Shown here: positions 55,352 to 64,000 of the stretch, one piece after another
Layout of the letters: every line of letters begins with the position of its first letter
Numbering within the stretch: position 1 is the first letter of the stretch
NCBI RefSeq assembly: GCF_009914755.1
Contig: NC_060934.1
Direction: 5' to 3' (one strand)
Source of the DNA: the human T2T-CHM13v2.0 reference genome, Homo sapiens
Length of the DNA: 64,000 nt
The notes under the pieces: generated by a model
What the model was told of the DNA's origin: nothing
Seen by the model: the letters and a program-made list of their open reading frames with translations, nothing else
Databases searched by the model: none
Position numbers and translations under genes: made by a program

Positions 55352-55940
55352 TTTTAAAGTCAGCTCTGTGAAGAAAAAAATTTAGCAAAAAGAAAGATGT
55401 CATTTCTTACCTTTCATACTTTTGAGGATTCATTCTCATGCATAAAACTTTTGTGATAACGCCTTGTGTTTACGGCTTATCTTCTCTCCAAAGAGCTTTA
55501 AGCCCTGTTAGCATTATGGCACATAGCCCATTCTCATCAACCTGGTTAATGTAAACGAAGCAATAGCAGATTCAGTTCAAAACCACAGATAATGTTCAAA
55601 GGCACCTATGCTTGATTTGGGAATGTACCTGGTATTTTTCCTTACCAACTGTGTTCATTAAACTGATGCTGAAGGTGAACTCCTTTTCCGTAGCACACAG
55701 CAACTGGCAGTACAGAGAAGCTGTCCAATATCTCCTTGGGTCAGGGTGAGGCCAGGCCAAGAGTAAGACCTTGCTGTAAATCAGTTAGAAAGTAGATAAT
55801 TAGGGGCAGGCAGCATTATCTCATTTATTCCCACACTATGCCTTGAAACTAGGTAGGAATATAATCAAGGATTGTGAATCGTGATGATGCGAACAGTGCG
55901 TGCACAGCCCCATGTTAGAAATGATGAGGAATTTAAAAGT

Positions 55941-56762
55941 GGATGTGAACACGAACAGTCACTTTTCAAAAGAAGACATACATGCAGCCAACAAGCATAT
56001 GAAAAAAAAGCTCAGCATCACTGATCACTAGAGAAATGCAAATCAAAATCACAATGAGATACCATCTCGCACCAGTCAGAATGGCTATTATTGAAAAGTC
56101 AAAAAATAACAGATGCTGGTGAGGTTGCAGAGAAAAGGGAATGTCCATACCCTGTTGGTGGAAGTATAAATTAGTTCAGTCACTGTGGAAAACAGTGTGG
56201 AAATTCCTAAAACACTTAAAAACTGAACTACCATTCAACCCAGCAATCCCATTCCTGGGTATATACCCAAAAGAATATAAATCATTCTACCATAAAGACA
56301 CTTGTACATGTATGTTCATTGCAGCACCATTCACAATAGCAAAGACACGGAATCAACCTAAATGTCCATCAGTAGTGGACTGGATAAAGAAAATATGGTA
56401 CATATACATCATGGAATACTATGCAGCCATGAAAAACGAGATGGTGTCCTTTGCAGGGACATAGGTGGAGCTAGAAGCCATCATCCTTAGCGAAGTAACT
56501 CAGGAACAGAAAACCAAATACTGCGTGTTCTCACGTATAAGTGGGAGCTAAATGATGAGAACAGACGGACACATAGAGGGGAACAGCACACACTGGGGCC
56601 TATCAGAGGGTGGAGGTTGGGAGGAGGGAGAGGCTCAGGAAAAATAACTAATGGGTACCGGGCTTAACACCTGGATGATGAAATAATCTGTACAATAAAC
56701 CCCCAAGACACAAGTTTACCTATATAGCAAACTGCAAATGTACCCCTGAACTTAACAAAAAG
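55941..56762 (+). mobile_element. L1PA (old primate) 3' fragment
   Basis: ORF 56141-56464 is the L1 ORF2p C-terminus (ELPFNPAIP.LGIYPKEYKSFYHKDTCT); 3'UTR follows. Confidence 0.92.
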
Positions 56763-57444
56763 AATGAGGGGTGAGCTGGGCTCAAAAACACCACAGGACA
56801 GGCGACAGCCCAGACCAGACCATGTGTATTCCCTAGAATTCTCACAACTGCATGAAGTAGTTATTGCCATTTTACAGAAGATTCCAAGATTGCAGAGGTG
56901 AATGACCATTGTTACGAGGGATGGCTAGTAGGGACCATCCTGCAAGTCAGACCCAATTTTTTTACCTGACCCCAAAAGCCTTTCCTCTGCATAACAATGA
57001 GGAAGCTCACGAGAAATCTTCAACATCCCACTTCAGACAAAACTTTGGTTTGATGTGATAGATAATAAAATTATAAAAGTCATTAACAGCACGAGAGGAA
57101 GCCAGACACACGTGTGGCACAGGCTCCCAGCAGGCAGCCTTCATGGTGCTTGTCCGATGCTGCCTCTCCAGGCTCACCTTTCTCAGTGATTTGTGGATCT
57201 GTCTCCCTGGGCTCCACACCTTTGAACCATCTTTGTTCCCTCTCCTTTCTTATCAAAGCAGTAACAAAATTCTGTCTCTCCTACCTTCTTAATGTCTCTC
57301 ACATTTGTGCCCTTTCTACCTCCCATTTTTCTTACATAAGAGGCTGGAGTATAAATTAGGGACATGGTGCCTGACTGGAGCATTAGCCTCCTCACTAAGC
57401 TTTGCATCTTGAAACTGCCAGTACCCCTTGTGGCCAGATGTTTT

Positions 57445-57668
57445 TTTTAATGTATTACTATTTTTAGAGACAAGGGTCTCCCTCTGTCTTACAGGATGGA
57501 GTGTGCTAGTGCAGTCCTAGCTCACTGCAGCCTCCGTGCTCGGCTAGTTATTTTTTATTATTATTTTTGTAGAGATGTGGTCTTGCCATGTTGCAATGGC
57601 TGACCTCAAACTCCTGATGTCAAGTAGCCCTCTGGCCTCAGTCTTCCCAGTAGCTGGGATTACAGGCT
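57445..57668 (-). mobile_element. AluJ, internally deleted
   Basis: J-type motifs with a deletion after GCAGCCTCC and no 5' end. Confidence 0.75.
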
Positions 57669-57680
57669 CCAGCAGATTGA

Positions 57681-58830
<1,150 letters not shown>

Positions 58831-58921
58831 ATGCAGGCGAATCACTACTTAAAATTTTTATTTAATTCTGTGATTTTCTTACTGAGAAACTATAGAAGAC
58901 TCCCTTTTGCCTGTCACATAA

Positions 58922-59231
<310 letters not shown>

Positions 59232-59395
59232 TGTAGCCTCATTTTTAACTTGACCATATGAATACATTGGTCTGGTTAAATTGAACTAATCCTAAGTATT
59301 TCTTACCTCTGCACCTTTGCCTACAAGAACTCTTACACCAGGAATTCCCTGCTCACTCCTTTGTGCCGCACTCCTACGTTGTCATTCATGACTGC

Positions 59396-59763
59396 TGATA
59401 TGGTTTGGTTGTGTCCCCACCCAAATCTCATTTTGAATTATAGCTCCCATCATTCCCACACGTTGTGGGAGGGACCCAGTGGGAGATAATTGAATCATGG
59501 GTGTGGTTTCCTCCATATTGTTCTGGAGGATTGTAGTGAATAAGTCTCATGAGATCTAATGATATTTTTAAAGAGTTTCCCCTTTCACTTGGCTCTCATT
59601 TTCTGTCTTGCCTGTTGCCATGTAAGACATGCCTTTCACCTTCCGCATGATTGTGAGCCCTCCCCAGCCTCGTGGAACTATGAGTCCATTAAACCTCTTT
59701 TTCTTTATAAATGACCCAGTCTCAGGTATGTCTTTATCAGCAGTGTGAAAACAGACTAATACA
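59396..59763 (+). mobile_element. THE1B-like solo LTR
   Basis: TGATATGG...CTAATACA; perfect TSD ACTGC at 59391-59395 and 59764-59768. Confidence 0.92.
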
Positions 59764-61154
59764 ACTGCTGTGATCTTTTCATCCTCAGAATTTTTATTGC
59801 ACCTTCTATCACCCTTGTAGTGGCATTTATGAGATACTGCTTTTATTCATGTATCTTTCATGTCTCAATGAAGGTTAGACTATAATGGACGTTATACTTG
59901 GCATTTTCCCGACACAAAATCTTATGCATATTAGTACAAAGTATTAACGGTCAGACTGGTGGTGACATTCCCCACTCAATTATTCCAAACTTTGGAGTCA
60001 TTTTCAAGGAAAACAGACCCCTCAGACACCTCCCTATATGCCATCCCCAGGAAAAGTGCTGGCAAAGTGCAAGATCCTGACCCAATGGCCATGTTTTGTT
60101 TTGCTTTTAGTAGACTTTTTTTTTCCACTTTAGTTATAGATTTACAGAAAAATGGAAAATATAGCAGAAAGAAATTCTATCAACCCCACATCCAGTTTCC
60201 CCTATTGCTAATATCTTGTGTTAGTATGGTATATTTATCACAATTAATGAACCAGTATTGATACATGATTAATTACCCAAAGCCTGTACAGTATTCTGTT
60301 TTCCTTGCTTTTTACCTAATGTCCTTTTTCTGTTCCCGATTCCATCCAGGATGTCACAGTACATTTAGTGTCACGTTTCCTTGGGTTCTTCTTGGTTGGG
60401 ACAGTTGCTTAGACCTCCCTTGGTTTTGATGACCTTGATCGTTTTGAGCAGGACTGCTTAGATATTTTGTCGAATGCTCCTCAATTGGGATTTGGCTGAT
60501 GTTTTTCTCATGACTACACTGGGATTATGGGTTTGGGGGAGGAAGAGCACAGAAGTGAAGGACCACCATTCCCATCCCACTATATCGAGTGTACATGCTA
60601 TCAACATGGCTTCTCATGGTTGATGTCCACCTCAGTCATCTGGTGTTGATCGCATTTCTCCACTACAAAGTTATTCTTTCTCCCACCTCTTACCATACTG
60701 CACTTTTTGGGAAGAAGTCACAACGTGCAGCCCACACTTAAGGAGTGGGGAATTATGCTTCACCTACTTCAGGGCAGGATATCTACAAGAAGTATTTGGA
60801 ATTCTTCTGCATGGAAGTTATGTCTCTCGTTTCCCATTTATTTAGGTATTAAATTATTTATTTATATCAGATGAACTCACTGATTTATATTAATTTCATA
60901 CTTTGGATTGTAATTCATTACTCCTTAATTTTGTTGCTTGAATTGTTCTGTCCTTGGCCATGGGATGCTCTTGTTCAGTTGTCTCCTAATGTATATGTCC
61001 TTTGACACATTCTCATGTGGGTTTTGTTTTGTTATATTTTGAGTACTTACCTGCTCAAAAACAAGATATTTTATGTACATCTTGTATTTTTCTTTCCCCT
61101 GTCCTAGAATCAGCCATTTCTCTAGGGAGTCCTGGTTCTATTTATTAGAAAATA

Positions 61155-61453
<299 letters not shown>

Positions 61454-62974
61454 TTATATTAGAAACCAAGACCTGGACACGAGGTGTGCTCACTGCTACC
61501 GGGTTGTCATTGCATCTAGGCCCTCTCAGCTGACAGAGCAAGGAAATATTTGTATACATTAACCCATGCATATACATATATCCCTAAATATCTCTACATG
61601 TAACCCTCTATATAAATAGTAAGCTAACATAAGCTCATACTGATGTCTTCAGCTCTATTCCATTACCTTCTCTCCCTGTTTATCTGGAAACTCCCACTCT
61701 AACAGTGAGACACCTGGCTCCCACTTTATGCCATCCATTTATGTATACATTCAATTTCACGTGTATAGTGGTTTCAGAATGTTAAGCCATACCTACACCC
61801 CATTAAGAAACAACTTTATCAACTACAGTGCAGTGCTTATGTACAGCTTCTTTCGCCCTTGGCCTTACATATTTCACTCGTTTCAGAAGTTACTTAAGTA
61901 AGAATATTTTTTCCTTCATAGCCTTTGGTGAGGTTGCTTCAAATGTGTGTAATAGAGTCAGACTTTTCTTTTGACATTCTGAATTCCACCCTGGGATTCC
62001 TGGACCTTATGAATGATGTTTTTTGAAATTTGCACAAATTAAGTTTCACTCTTTGTACTATAAGGCTCTAAGGGTTTGAACGACGAATGCAGTGGCACAC
62101 ATCCACCATTATATTATCATAGAGAATAGTTTCACTGCCCTAAAAATTCCTCTGTGCTTCACCTATTCAACCTCTTCACCCTAAACTCTGGCAACCGCTG
62201 ATATATTTAACTGTTTTTGTAATTTTGGTTTATCCGGAATGTCATATATGTGGAATCACATAGTATGTAGCCTTTTTAGAGTGGCTTCTTCTACTTCACA
62301 GAGTTTTGTCTATGTATTTGCATGGCTTGATAGTTCATTCCTTTCTATCACTGAATAGTGTTCCTTTGTCTGGATGTACTAGTTTGTTGGTTTCTCCATT
62401 CACCTGTTGAAGGACATCTTGGTTGCTTCCAGTTTTGGCAATTATGAATAAATCTGCTGTAAATATTCATGCGCAGGTTTTTATGTGGGCATAAGTTTTC
62501 AGATCATTTGGGTAAATAACCTAGGAGCCTTATTGCTGCAGCATAAGTGAAGACTCTGTTTAGCTTTGTGAGAAACTGGCAAACTGTCTTCCAAAGTGGC
62601 TATATTATTTTGCATTTCACCAGCAATGAATGAGAGTGTTTGTTGCTCCGCATCCTCACCAGCAATTGGCATTGCCAATTTTTTAATTTAAGTCGTTCTA
62701 GTAGGTATTTAGTGGTATCTCATTGTTGTTTAAATTGTCATTTCCCAAGTGACAAATGACAGTGGATATCTTTTTGTATACTTAACTTGCCATGCATGTA
62801 TCTTCTTTGATATCATTCAGATATTTTGCCTATACTTTAATTGGCTTGTTAGTTTTATTGCTGAGTTGTAATAGTTCTTTGTATATTTTGGATACAAGTC
62901 CTTTATCAGATACATATTTTGCAAATGTATTTTTTTCCAAACTGTGGCTTGTCTTTTTTGATTCTTTCTCTCTC

Positions 62975-63541
62975 TTTTTTAAAATTTTACTTTAAGTTCT
63001 GGAATAGACATGCAGAACATGCAGGTTTGTTACATAGGTATACATGTGCCATGGTGGTTTGCTGCACCTATCAACCTGTATTGTAGGTTTTCAGCCCTGC
63101 ATGCATTTGGTATTTGTCCTAATTCTCTCCCTCCCCTTGTCCCCCACCCCCTAACAGGCCCCGGTGTGTGATGTTCTCCTCCCTGTGTCCATGTGTTCTC
63201 ATTGTTCAACCCCCACTTATGAGTGGGAACATGCAGAGTTTGGTTTTCTGTTCCTGTGTTAGTTTGCTGAGAATGATGGCTTCCAGCTTCATCCATGTCC
63301 CTGCAAAGGACATGAGCTCATTCTTTTTTATGACTGCATAATATTCCTGTTGTATATGTGCCACATTTTCTTTATCCAGTCTGTCACTGATGGGCATTTG
63401 GGTTGGTTCCAAGTCTTTGCTACTGTAAATAGTGCTGCAGTAAACATACGTGTGCATGTGTCTTTATGGTAGAATGATTTATAATCGTTTGGATATATAT
63501 CCAGTAATGGGATTGCTGGGTCAAATGGTATTTCTGGTTCT
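62975..63541 (-). mobile_element. L1PA (PA7-10-like) 3' end nested in older L1
   Basis: TACTTTAAGTTCT..CATGTGCCATGGTGGTTTGCTGCACC; ORF2 C-terminal remnant (EIPFDPAIPLL.IYP..YKSFYHKDTCTRMF). Confidence 0.9.
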
Positions 63542-64000
63542 GTTTCTCTTAAAAGTGTCTTTCTCAAAGCTGAGTTTTTAATTCTAAAAGGTCCAAATTG
63601 TCAATTTTTTTCTTTCATATATTGTGCATTTGATATAGTATCAAAAAAAAAAAACCTCTTCATCACCAAACCCAAAGTTATATATAGATTTTCTTTTGGA
63701 AGTTTCATAGTTTTATATCTGAGTTAATTTTATGGAAGGTGTAGGTCTGTGTCTAGGTTCATTTTTATATAGATGGATATCCAGTTGTTAGAGCACCATT
63801 TGTTGAAAATACCATTCTTTCCCCATTGAATTGCCTTTGCATCTTTTTTTTTTTTAATCTATGGCCTATATTTGTGTTTGTCTATATTTGGGCTTTCTAT
63901 TCTGATACATTGATCTTTATGTCTATTCTTTTACTAACACCATGCTGTCTTGATTATTATGAGTATAGCTTAATAGTAAGTCTTGAATTTGGGTAGTGTG

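Noticed and set aside
56141-56464. ORF with clear protein homology
   Set aside because: It is the C-terminal remnant of L1 ORF2p in a 5'-truncated copy, as are 63206-63567 and part of 39923-40237; not a host gene.

Overview
Primate (catarrhine, most likely human) non-coding genomic DNA, not prokaryotic. The window has 16 Alu copies (J, S and one Y), L1, L2 and MIR relics, MaLR/ERV LTRs (THE1, MLT1, MLT2, LTR1-like), Tigger and hAT MITEs, microsatellites and a decayed ~6.4 kb ERV1-class provirus (27778-34199, minus strand) with a tRNA-His primer-binding site. No protein-coding exon, RNA gene or CRISPR array is supported: the ORF track is Alu/L1/LTR read-through or chance ORFs. Mixed L1/LTR orientations suggest intergenic or lncRNA territory. 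I could not identify the locus. The most structured part is a transposon-poor block at ~14.4-21.5 kb. It holds TCF/LEF and RUNX/ETS motif clusters, a minus-strand YAG|GTGAGT recursive-splice-like site, a 121-bp dispersed duplication abutting a G-quadruplex motif, and a small CpG-rich promoter-like element with a splice donor. I see no convincing new biological system; the findings are regulatory and evolutionary hypotheses. Repeat names come from recalled consensus sequences and need Dfam/RepeatMasker confirmation.
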